This document shows positions 51,501 through 64,000 of a DNA stretch of 64,000 nt, in pieces. Within the stretch, counting starts at the first letter, position 1. Every line of letters begins with the position of its first letter. The stretch lies in the NCBI GenBank assembly GCA_032718475.1, contig JAUCBJ010009092.1:1-64000 (forward strand), written 5' to 3'. The notes beneath the pieces are model-generated. The model ran no database searches and was not told the DNA's origin. It saw only the letters and a program-made list of their open reading frames with translations. The stretch is from Nemertoderma westbladi. Taxonomy: Eukaryota > Animalia > Xenacoelomorpha. The translations under genes and the position numbers were made by a program.

Positions 51501-54500
51501 TATTGGAATCTCTTCAGTGGGCCTCTCTGTATTAGAATCTCTTCAGTGGGCCTCTCTGTATTGGAATCTATTCAGTGGGCCTCTCTGTATTAGAATCTCT
51601 TCAGTGGGCCTCTCTGTATTGGAATCTATTCAGTGGGCCTCTCTGTATTGGAATCTATTCAGTGGGCCTCTCTGTATTGGAATCTATTCAGTGGGCCTCT
51701 CTGTATTAGAATCTCTTCAGTGGGCCTCTCTGTATTGGAATCTATTCAGTGGGCCTCTCTGTATTGGAATCTATTCAGTGGGCCTCTCTGTATTGGAATC
51801 TATTCAGTGGGCCTCTCTGTATTGGAATCTCTTCAGTGGGCCTCTCTGTATTGGAATCTATTCAGTGGGCCTCTCTGTATTGGAATCTATTCAGTGGGCC
51901 TCTCTGTATTGGAATCTCTTCAGTGGGCCTCTCTGTATTGGAATCTCTTCAGTGGGCCTCTCTGTATTAGAATCTCTTCAGTGGGCCTCTCTGTATTGGA
52001 ATCTATTCAGTGGGCCTCTCTGTATTGGAATCTCTTCAGTGGGCCTCTCTGTATTGGAATCTCTTCAGTGGGCCTCTCTGTATTGGAATCTATTCAGTGG
52101 GCCTCTCTGTATTGGAATCTCTTCAGTGGGCCTCTCTGTATTGGAATCTCTTCAGTGGGCCTCTCTGTATTGGAATCTATTCAGTGGGCCTCTCTGTATT
52201 AGAATCTCTTCAGTGGGCCTCTCTGTATTGGAATCTATTCAGTGGGCCTCTCTGTATTGGAATCTCTTCAGTGGGCCTCTCTGTATTGGAATCTCTTCAG
52301 TGGGCCTCTCTGTATTAGAATCTCTTCAGTGGGCCTCTCTGTATTGGAATCTATTCAGTGGGCCTCTCTGTATTGGAATCTATTCAGTGGGCCTCTCTGT
52401 ATTGGAATCTATTCAGTGGGCCTCTCTGTATTAGAATCTCTTCAGTGGGCCTCTCTGTATTGGAATCTATTCAGTGGGCCTCTCTGTATTGGAATCTCTT
52501 CAGTGGGCCTCTCTGTATTTGGAATCTCTTCAGTGGGCCTCTCTGTATTTGGAATCTCTTCAGTGGGCCTCTCTGTATTGGAATCTCTTCAGTGGGCCTC
52601 TCTGTATTTGGAATCTCTTCAGTGGGCCTCTCTGTATTGGAATCTATTCAGTGGGCCTCTCTGTATTGGAATCTATTCAGTGGGCCTCTCTGTATTGGAA
52701 TCTCTTCAGTGGGCCTCTCTGTATTGGAATCTATTCAGTGGGCCTCTCTGTATTGGAATCTATTCAGTGGGCCTCTCTGTATTGGAATCTATTCAGTGGG
52801 CCTCTCTGTATTAGAATCTCTTCAGTGGGCCTCTCTGTATTGGAATCTATTCAGTGGGCCTCTCTGTATTGGAATCTATTCAGTGGGCCTCTCTGTATTG
52901 GAATCTATTCAGTGGGCCTCTCTGTATTGGAATCTCTTCAGTGGGCCTCTCTGTATTAGAATCTCTTCAGTGGGCCTCTCTGTATTGGAATCTATTCAGT
53001 GGGCCTCTCTGTATTAGAATCTCTTCAGTGGGCCTCTCTGTATTGGAATCTATTCAGTGGGCCTCTCTGTATTGGAATCTATTCAGTGGGCCTCTCTGTA
53101 TTGGAATCTATTCAGTGGGCCTCTCTGTATTAGAATCTCTTCAGTGGGCCTCTCTGTATTGGAATCTATTCAGTGGGCCTCTCTGTATTGGAATCTATTC
53201 AGTGGGCCTCTCTGTATTGGAATCTATTCAGTGGGCCTCTCTGTATTGGAATCTCTTCAGTGGGCCTCTCTGTATTGGAATCTATTCAGTGGGCCTCTCT
53301 GTATTGGAATCTATTCAGTGGGCCTCTCTGTATTGGAATCTCTTCAGTGGGCCTCTCTGTATTGGAATCTCTTCAGTGGGCCTCTCTGTATTAGAATCTC
53401 TTCAGTGGGCCTCTCTGTATTGGAATCTATTCAGTGGGCCTCTCTGTATTGGAATCTCTTCAGTGGGCCTCTCTGTATTGGAATCTCTTCAGTGGGCCTC
53501 TCTGTATTGGAATCTATTCAGTGGGCCTCTCTGTATTGGAATCTCTTCAGTGGGCCTCTCTGTATTGGAATCTCTTCAGTGGGCCTCTCTGTATTGGAAT
53601 CTATTCAGTGGGCCTCTCTGTATTAGAATCTCTTCAGTGGGCCTCTCTGTATTGGAATCTATTCAGTGGGCCTCTCTGTATTGGAATCTCTTCAGTGGGC
53701 CTCTCTGTATTGGAATCTCTTCAGTGGGCCTCTCTGTATTAGAATCTCTTCAGTGGGCCTCTCTGTATTGGAATCTATTCAGTGGGCCTCTCTGTATTGG
53801 AATCTATTCAGTGGGCCTCCCTGTATTGGAATCTATTCAGTGGGCCTCTCTGTATTAGAATCTCTTCAGTGGGCCTCTCTGTATTGGAATCTATTCAGTG
53901 GGCCTCTCTGTATTTGGAATCTCTTCAGTGGGCCTCTCTGTATTTGGAATCTCTTCAGTGGGCCTCTCTGTATTTGGAATCTCTTCAGTGGGCCTCTCTG
54001 TATTGGAATCTCTTCAGTGGGCCTCTCTGTATTTGGAATCTCTTCAGTGGGCCTCTCTGTATTGGAATCTATTCAGTGGGCCTCTCTGTATTGGAATCTA
54101 TTCAGTGGGCCTCTCTGTATTTGGAATCTCTTCAGTGGGCCTCTCTGTATTTGGAATCTCTTCAGTGGGCCTCTCTGTATTGGAATCTCTTCAGTGGGCC
54201 TCTCTGTATTTGGAATCTCTTCAGTGGGCCTCTCTGTATTTGGAATCTCTTCAGTGGGCCTCTCTGTATTTGGAATCTCTTCAGTGGGCCTCTCTGTATT
54301 TGGAATCTCTTCAGTGGGCCTCTCTGTATTGGAATCTCTTCAGTGGGCCTCTCTGTATTTGGAATCTCTTCAGTGGGCCTCTTTGTATTGGAATCTATTC
54401 AGTGGGCCTCTCTGTATTGGAATCTCTTCAGTGGGCCTCTCTGTATTGGAATCTCTTCAGTGGGCCTCTCTGTATTGGAATCTCTTCAGTGGGCCTCTCT

Positions 54501-54575
54501 GTATTGGAATCTATTCAGTGGGCCTCTCTGTATTGGAATCTATTCAGTGGGCCTCTCTGTATTGGAATATATTCG
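36503..54575. repeat. 18-kb satellite of the 29-bp unit GTGGGCCTCTCTGTATTGGAATCT(C/A)TTCA, ~620 copies
   Basis: Directly visible and very homogeneous, with a frequent C/A dimorphism and occasional 30-bp units. Confidence 0.98.
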
Positions 54576-54633
54576 TCGCCCTTTACCTTAACCTTACCCT
54601 TTGTCCTTAATGTAGCTAGCTACATTACATTAA

Positions 54634-55551
54634 GGGGGGGGGGGGGGGGGGGTGGGTAGCACCCCCCTATTTTGCAAATTGACAAAAAAGTTTTTTATTT
54701 TATCATGTGCCAAATTTAATGGAGATGTCAAATCTGCAAGCAGTTTTCTCATATCTTTTCTCATACTCAAGTTATTACCCAAAACGTAAGAGCTGGTGTG
54801 ATTTTTGAAAAGCCTTCGAGCAGCACTATATTTTACAATTGTACGAGGCCCTTTTCATAAAAAAGGCTCTCACGGTACAGATATGAATAAAATTGCTAGA
54901 AAGTTGTTTTACTAGTTATATGTTTAGCAAGCATGAAAAATTTTGTTGAATTTCATTCATTTTTGACAAAGTTATTGTTGAACATAGAAAAATGGTATTA
55001 TCTAAAATAGCGGGAAGGTTTGAATTGTTCCTTAAACTTTAAACACCCATATCTCAGAATGACGTTTTTTCATGAAAAAGGCTAATTCTCCGCCAATTTT
55101 AACTGAAATGAGTTCAAATTTGGTACACTTGTTAAGATTACCCTTCTCCATACTTCTTCTTAACAAATTTGGTTGGAAAAGCCCAGGAGCCTTTTTATAT
55201 CAAAAAGGCCCAAAGCCCTTTTTTGGGGCCTTTTTGTTCTAAAAAGGCTCCAGAGCATTTGTGACAAAATTGGTTCAGAGAATTGGATGCAGGGTTCTTC
55301 TGAACCCATATTCCAAATTTCGACAAATTTCAACAAATATTGGTGGAGAAATAGCCCTTGGCGCAAAAGGCACTTTTGGCCATTAGGGAGCCATTTTGGG
55401 GCCAATTTTAAAAATATTTGGTTTGGTTATTAACAAACAGTCCAGACGATGTTTAGTAGCACAAAAAATAATTTTCACCCAATGTTATGGTCCAGAGACA
55501 CAAAAATGTGAGGTTAAATTTTGGGGTGCTACCCTCCACCCCCCACCCTCC
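54634..55551. mobile_element. Non-autonomous TIR element with TTAA target duplication (Kolobok-like)
   Basis: The left end is ttaa|GGGGG...GTGGGTAGCACCCC and the right end is GGGGTGCTACCCTCCACCCCCCACCCTCC|ttaa. No coding capacity. Confidence 0.72.
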
Positions 55552-56461
55552 TTAAACCCCGGTCAATGACTCAATTTACCGTAGGCATTTTAAACCGTGG
55601 GTTGTGGGTTATACTATATTTACAGTTGAAATTAACGTGTAATATTTCTTCACTCTTTATCTTTCCACGGGTTACTCAGTGTGATAACTGTAACGCAACT
55701 AACTGCCTTAATATCAAATTATTGTTCACATTATTTCTAGATAATAATACTATTATTAAACATTGGTAATAATAAAATCGTTTGTGAGGAACAAGTCAAT
55801 GCAATTATTTATTGATATGATAAAAAAAACATCTGTGCAGCAACACAGTAATTGAAGTCGGATACTGTACCGGTAGTTTAGTTGATGTTACATATAACTG
55901 CATCATTTGAACGTTCAACTCCAAACTCATCTCAATCTCAATAGAACAACCAAAAGATTACTGTAGAAATCATTTCCTGTAGATGTTACTAATTAACTTT
56001 TACATTTCCTCCAACCCGTTGCTTACTATAGTCAGCTCGGGTTACTGATTACCAGCTCATCCGAGATTTACGCGGACAATTTCATTGCCGTTATTTTTTT
56101 AATTCCGATCCAAAATCATAATTACTTTTTAATCCCAAATATTAATTTTGATTATGATTTTTCTAAAACGATGCACTCGGCAGAGAATTGTATTTTTCGT
56201 AATAATACAGAAGAATAACCCTAAAATACAAAAGTTCCTTATCACTTCTCACCCACAACTATTGGTCGGAGGCGCGTAGCGTAGAACAACTCATCTAACA
56301 GCACCCAATGTTGCAGCAATTAAATGAACATGCTGCCTTATTTTCAATTCAATATGATCGTATTTATGATAAATCCGCATCTGAGAATCTTGAATAAATC
56401 CGTTCCACCAACTCATAAAATAAATATCACATTCTAGAATTGTGAGTATTTGTTCAATAGA

Positions 56462-56668
56462 ATAAATGGCCTACAGCGAATTGTCATTCTTGCAATCTTT
56501 GAACGCCTATATCTTAGTTGTTTTTCAACGAAACTCAGACATTGTTACATATTTGGAATCCTTGTAACGCAAGCTTTCCAATGATATCTACAAACCGGGC
56601 CAATGTAAAGAATGGAGACGATTGGAGATGTGCAAATTCGCAACAGACACTTTTTTAAAACGCTTATA
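56462..56668. mobile_element. Tc1/mariner-like non-autonomous element end
   Basis: Dispersed similarity to 11080-11288. Confidence 0.5.
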
Positions 56669-57093
56669 AAAAAATTTTTAAGGCAAAATCGAAAATTCTT
56701 GCTTCATGTGGACATCGATGGTGAGTGGAACTAGTTGTGTTTCAAATTTCAAGCAATATGATAAAGATTTGTAGAAAAAGTTGAGGGGGGGGGGGGGGAG
56801 GGGGGGTCCGTGTCATCTGAAAATGACACTATATTACGGGTATATTACTATATTACTATTTATTTACATTGTATTATTTTCATTGTGTTTTTTTTTCATA
56901 TTAACGTTAGGCCTACCCATATCTCACCCAACACTATTTAATGCTAATATAATTGTACCATTATGGACATGCTTTTAAGAAATTAGAGTAGGCATTATAC
57001 TAAATCATTCGTTATTACATGTATTTCGATTCAAATAATGCCAATTCCAAAATTGTAACATAACAGAAATATTTGTTACTATTGACAGAGCCT

Positions 57094-57260
57094 TGTGGAG
57101 CGAGCGACGAAGTAACTGAACTTAGCACACAAGCTCTGCTGTTTCGGCAGTTGTCTGTTAGAGCATCGGTCTGTCTGTCGAAAGCGTTTCGAAGGCTATT
57201 AACTCAGTTAATATTTGATGAAAGTAAACCAAACTTGGTACATACAGTACATGTATACAG
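57094..57260 (+). mobile_element. DINE-1/Helentron-like fragment just upstream of HPD
   Basis: gcgagcgacgaagtaa...cttagca...ctgtctgtc...aaacttggtacata, as at 7448-7700. Confidence 0.5.
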
Positions 57261-57607
57261 TAAAGTCGAAAGTGTTATCGAAAACTTTTGAATGAGTTGT
57301 TGAAATCTTTTCAATAATACGCATATATATCAAAACTTTATATTTAGAAGCTTTATAAAACCATATATTTTTATTATAAATTAAATGAAAAAATACTACA
57401 ATTAATTCATAAACTTAATTTTCTCTAAAGAGTATTCATTTTGTATTGTTACAATAATTTTGGAATCAAATTACATATTACATGGCTCTCTGTAAAGTAC
57501 CACTTTACACACAAGTTTTGTAAATATTTATCAGTAATGATATAAGTGATATAAAGTAATATTTAAAAAAAGGGCCGAGGTGATTCAGAGACAGTTAAAA
57601 AAGTTAA

Positions 57608-58768
<1,161 letters not shown>

Positions 58769-58867
58769 AAATTGATTTGTATCGTTTAGAAGATAATTGT
58801 TTAATTGGATTAAATGTAGGCCTAGAGTTAGGATAATAATTATGTGTCTCTATGTGTACTACAAGTA

Positions 58868-59015
58868 TTTAGTGAATATTATTATTTAGAGTTATTTGGT
58901 GTAGAATGCATATTAGTGAATATTATTATTCAGAGTTGTTTGGTGTAGTATGCATATTAGTGGATATTATTATTTAGAGTTGTTTGGTGTAGTACCGGTA
59001 TGCATATTAGTGGAT
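58868..59015. repeat. About three copies of a ~44-bp unit in the probable HPD 3' UTR
   Basis: ttagtg(a/g)atattattatttagagttgtttggtgtagtatgcata is repeated. A candidate AATAAA lies at 59202-59207. Confidence 0.75.
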
Positions 59016-60550
59016 AGTGGTTCTACTTTAGTTTATTTCTATGATCAAGTCATTTATAGGATTTAGTTCTACTGTATTTATGTGATCATAGTTTTAACCA
59101 TTAGGCCTACTAGAAAAATTATAAAAATAGACGGAAAGGAAATATATTTCTCCGATTTATTTCAAGTGAGCTAAATTCAGATATTGATGGTGTTGAATGA
59201 GAATAAAGATTATAAAAATTGAGTGCAAAAATTAATTAATACATTCAGACATAATAAGTGATATCTGAACAATAAAAATCGTGATAGAAAGTGCAGATCT
59301 TTATTATTTATACTTTTTCTTTATACTACTTTCTAGCTAACTTATTTCTCCTTTATATTTTTGCATAAAGATTTATGTTCACTGTTTCTCAACGGAACCA
59401 AATAAGAAAGTGTTATAATCTCCATTGGATATACGAAAACCGTCATTCCCAAAACATCAATGAGTGTTGCGTTCAGTTGGCGTTGAACTGATAGTAAAAA
59501 ACGGAGTTTCATTTCATAAGAAAGTGGAGAGTTTCTGAAAAAGAATCTTTCAAAGATTAGGCCGACTGACAGGCAGACACGGGGTTGAGAAAGTGGTACC
59601 CGTAGCTATGCTCACATAATTTCGTGGCTCGCCCCTTGTTACTATTACGTATATATGTAGAGCTTTTGATATAATATGTAGGTTTGTAGGTGTGGGACAT
59701 GATGGAAGGGTTATTGTTGAGGTATTATAATAATTCATAATATTTTTTCTAATTTATACCGAAATATAACTTTTACACATTTTGAATGATATTTCATAAA
59801 ATAAATTCAGAAGGCGTTGTATTTCAGATTTAAAATTATTAGAAATAGCTTTTTGTAATTAGTTACAGTTGACGGAAATTAGATTTTAAATCACCGATTG
59901 TTGAATTTATAGAACTCGTTTTCTTTGCTTCCTCTAAAAACCTGATTATTCTTAAAAAATTAAATACGCCTTCATAGAAAAAAAAAGTCAATTCGAAATA
60001 TTGACTGGAAGTGATTCTTTCCGAGACTTTTTCAATTAACATTAAAAACATTCGTGTAGGCCTATCAAATTAATTTTTTATATACTTGTGTTATTGGTGA
60101 CGTTGGTAATATTGTTTACTGCTGTAATTTAATACCTAATTAATATTAATATGTCAAAAATAAAGTAATGATATTATTCATTTATAAAACAAGTTGTTTC
60201 AGTTGTTTTGCTATTTATCCCGGTATCGTTTTTCACCGGTAAATTTATGATTTTATATTATAATAATGATTTTATAAGCGGTTAATTAAGATTTAGAAAC
60301 ACTTCGGTTTCAGAGCTTGTGATTGGTTAATTTCGGCTAAAATTCGGAATTCAGAAATCGAATTCTCAAAAAGAATGTTAAAATTTTGGAATAAAATAAA
60401 CAAGTTAAAAATGAAATTTAATAATTTACTTTAAGGCGTCAATCTTGGAAACGCTATGTAAATGAACGTAAATGTGATATATATCCTAGAGCAATGTATA
60501 TACGAGTTAATTCAGTATATACCATGTGGATTACAGCATAAATAAAAATA

Positions 60551-63090
60551 TATCGATGTCGGCACATTGCTTTATCGATGTCGGCACATTGCTTTATCGA
60601 TGTCGGCACATTGCTTTATCGATATCGGCACATTGCTTTATCGATGTCGGCACATTGCTTTATCGATGTCGGCACATTGCTTTATCGATGTCGGCACATT
60701 GCTTTATCGATGTCGGCACATTGCTTTATCGATGTCGGCACATTGCTTTATCGATGTCGGCACATTGCTTTATCGATGTCGGCACATTGCTTTATCGATG
60801 TCGGCACATTGCTTTATCGATATCGGCACATTGCTTTATCGATGTCGGCACATTGCTTTATCGATGCCGGCACATTGCTTTATCGATGTCGGCACATTGC
60901 TTTATCGATGTCGGCACATTGCTTTATCGATGTCGGCACATTGCTTTATCGATGTCGGCACATTGCTTTATCGATGTCGGCACATTGATTTATCGATGTC
61001 GGCACATTGCTTTATCGATGTCGGCACATTGCTTTATCGATGTCGGTTAATTGCTTTATCGATGTCGGCACATTGCTTTGTCGATGTCGGCACATTGCTT
61101 TATCGATGTCGGCATATTGCTTTATCGATGTCGGCACATTGATTTATCGATGTCGGCACATTGATTTATCGATGTCGGCACATTGCTTTATCGATGTTAG
61201 CACATTGCTTTATCGATGTCGGCACATTGCTTTATCGATGTCGGCACATTGCTTTATCGATGTCGGCACATTACTTTATCGATGTCGGCACATTACTTTA
61301 TCGATGTCGGCACATTGCTTTATCGATGTCGGCACATTGCTTTATCGATGTCGGCACATTGCTTTATCGATGTCGGCACATTGCTTTATCGATGTCGGCA
61401 CATTGCTTTATCGATGTCGGCACATTGCTTTATCGATGTCGGCACATTGCTTTATCGATGTCGGCACATTGCTTTATCGATGTCGGCACATTGCTTTATC
61501 GATGTCGGCACATTGCTTTATCGATGTCGGCACATTGCTTTATCGATGTCGGCACATTGCTTTATCGATGTCGGCACATTGCTTTATCGATGTCGGCACA
61601 TTGCTTTATCGATGTCGGCACATTGCTTTATCGATGTCGGTTAATTGCTTTATCGATGTCGGCTAATTGCTTTATCGATGTCGGCACATTGCTTTATCGA
61701 TGTCGGCATATTGTTTTATCGATGTCGGCACATTGCTTTATCGATGTCGGCATATTGCTTTATCGCTGTCGGCACATTGATTTATCGATGTCGGCACATT
61801 GATTTATCGATGTCGGCACATTGCTTTATCGATGTTAGCACATTGCTTTATCGATGTCGGCACATTGCTTTATCGATGTCGGCACATTGCTTTATCGATG
61901 TCGGCACATTGCTTTATCGATGTCGGCACATTGCTTTATCGATGTCGGCACATTGCTTTATCGATGTCGGCACATTGTTTTATCGATGTCGGCACATTGC
62001 TTTATCGATGTCGGCACATTGCTTTATCGATGTCGGCACATTGCTTTATCGATGTCGGCACATTGCTTTATCGATGTCGGCACATTGCTTTATCGATGTC
62101 GGCACATTGCTTTATCGATGTCGGCACATTGCTTTATCGATGTCGGCATATTGCTTTATCGATGTCGGCACATTGATTTATCGATGTCGGCACATTGATT
62201 TATCGATGTCGGCACATTGCTTTATCGATGTTAGCACATTGCTTTATTGATGTCGGCACATTGCTTTATCGATGTCGGCACATTGCTTTATCGATGTCGG
62301 CACATTGCTTTATCGATGTCGGCACATTGCTTTATCGATGTCGGCACATTGATTAATCGATGTCGGCACATTGCTTTATCGATGTCGGCACATTGATTTA
62401 TCGATGTCGGCACATTGCTTTATCGATGTCGGCACATTGCTTTATCGATGTCGGCACATTGCTTTATCGATATCGGCACATTGCTTTATCGATGTCGGCA
62501 CATTGCTTTATCGATGTCGGCACATTGCTTTATCGATGTCGGCACATTGCTTTATCGATGTCGGAACATTGCTTTATCGATATCGGCACATTGCTTTATC
62601 GATGTCGGCACATTGCTTTATCGATGTCGGCACATTGCTTTATCGGTGTCGGCACATTGCTTTATCGATGTCGGCACATTGCTTTATCGATGTCGGCACA
62701 TTGCTTTATCGATGTCGGCACATTGCTTTATCGATGTCGGCACATTGTTTTATCGATATCGGCACATTGCTTTATCGATGTCGGCACATTGCTTTATCGA
62801 TGTCGGCACATTGCTTTATCGATGTCGGCACATTGCTTTATCGATGTCGGCACATTGCTTTATCGATGTCGGCACATTGCTTTATCGATGTCGGCACATT
62901 GCTTTATCGATGTCGGCACATTGCTTTATCGATGTCGGCACATTGCTTTATCGATGTCGGCACATTGCTTTATCGGTGTCGGTTAATTGCTTTATCGATG
63001 TCGGCATATTGCTTTATCGATGTCGGCACATTGCTTTATCGATGTCGGCATATTGCTTTATCGATGTCGGCACATTGATTTATCGATATC
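60551..63090. repeat. 22-bp CpG-rich minisatellite TATCGATGTCGGCACATTGCTT, ~115 copies
   Basis: Directly visible. Its right end overlaps the final codons and stop of the minus-strand CDS. Confidence 0.97.
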
Positions 63091-64000
63091 TGCCTGAGGT
63101 TTTCTTCTATGTCGCCGAATGTATCTCCGGGTATCTTCCAATGTTGTATACCGGTAGTCGGGAATCAAACCGTCCACCATTGTCTTGTACATAAATCTAG
63201 AACGTTCTAAATGATTTCTAGTCAGTTCTAATTGGTTGCTAAGTAGTTCCCACATGGCTGACAATGCCTGCGATTCATCGACTTGTCGAGAGGGGGCGTG
63301 ACGCATTCCCGAACCGGAATCCCTGGGGAATCCACCGGTGTTCCAATAATAATCGAACTTCTGTTCCGAATCCCTTCGCGGAGAACTCGAATGGGTTGCT
63401 GATTGGTTTCTATGGCTACGGCGTCTACTATCCTCCGATTCGCTGGATTCCGACACCAGGCGAAGCTTCTGGTGTTTCTTTCGGTAGCGTTTTTCGTGTT
63501 TCGGTTTCCGAGATTCGCCGATGTCCCGTTCCCGAGTTCGGACTTCCGGAACTTCTTCAACCATCGACTCCGACGAGAACTTAGCGGAGACGGATTCGGC
63601 CGTCTCGAAGGACTCGGAATAGTTAGTTCCCTCGGAGCCCCTAGAGGGCGACCGACTCCCGTCTCTTCCGACTCCGGACGCGGCCGAAGTCGGACGACTT
63701 TCTTCCTCGATGAGCTCCGGGATGCTCTCGGTGACAGACACCTCGCTCGCTACCCTCTCCTCGCCCTCGTCTTCCCGCGTCTCGTCGGTTTTAATGTAAC
63801 GTTTCCGACGACGAATCGGTTTAGGAATTTCTACTTTCTCCTCAATAATCTTCACTTCGATATCTTCACCAACTTCCTCGACCGCGACGTCGATCGGAAC
63901 TGCCTCGAGCCCGAAATCGTCGTCGAAGCTCATCACGTGACCGAATATATTATTGGCGTTATCTTCCGGTTCCTCAACGACGTAATTGGACTCGGTTCTC
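63058..64000 (-). CDS. C19orf44-like / DUF4614 protein, 3' part (continues beyond the window)
   Basis: The frame is open to the window edge (RTESNYVVEE...NIFGHVMSFDD). An acidic/Ser-rich region with YSESFE precedes the C-terminal QLELTR.HLE.SR..Y...YRYTTLEDTRRYIRRHR, recognised from memory as the DUF4614 end. Confidence 0.8.
   Translation of the reverse strand, partial: RTESNYVVEEPEDNANNIFGHVMSFDDDFGLEAVPIDVAVEEVGEDIEVKIIEEKVEIPKPIRRRKRYIKTDETREDEGEERVASEVSVTESIPELIEEESRPTSAASGVGRDGSRSPSRGSEGTNYSESFETAESVSAKFSSESMVEEVPEVRTRERDIGESRKPKHEKRYRKKHQKLRLVSESSESEDSRRRSHRNQSATHSSSPRRDSEQKFDYYWNTGGFPRDSGSGMRHAPSRQVDESQALSAMWELLSNQLELTRNHLERSRFMYKTMVDGLIPDYRYTTLEDTRRYIRRHRRKPQADIDKSMCRHR

Noticed and set aside
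1830-54575. CRISPR-like arrays (29-36 bp repeats with hairpins)
   Set aside because: The units are head-to-tail with no unique spacers, there are no cas genes, and the context is eukaryotic.
36378-54659. Giant ORFs up to 3043 aa
   Set aside because: The 29-bp unit lacks stops on +, so all three frames give the same peptide. Not coding.
60526-63078. Cys/His-rich ORFs resembling zinc fingers
   Set aside because: These are frame-cycling translations of the 22-bp unit.

Overview
This is eukaryotic (invertebrate metazoan-type) genomic DNA, about half of it tandem repeat. Three host genes are supported. (1) The 3' five exons of a GABA-A/glycine-type anion-selective Cys-loop receptor subunit lie on + (16132-16263, 17258-17410, 28751-28950, 29684-29746, 32913-33287). 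They were assembled by eye, and the ORF track shows only two of them. (2) An intronless HPD gene lies at 57626-58768 (+). (3) The 3' end of a C19orf44/DUF4614-like gene lies on - (63058 to the window end). The rest is RTE-clade LINE fragments, CRE-clade retroelement fragments, a tRNA-derived SINE family, non-autonomous DNA elements, a cluster of perfect palindromes and seven tandem arrays (9, 36, 30/18, 46, 27, 29 and 22 bp units). The main observation is that most arrays grew in place from ordinary local sequence. One is a ~4.1 kb amplification of the splice acceptor plus the pore-lining M2 codons (GITTVLTIVT) of the ion channel. One grew from the last codons and stop of the C19orf44-like gene, one from a hairpin inside a SINE and one from LINE sequence. 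The long repeat ORFs in the track are artefacts.
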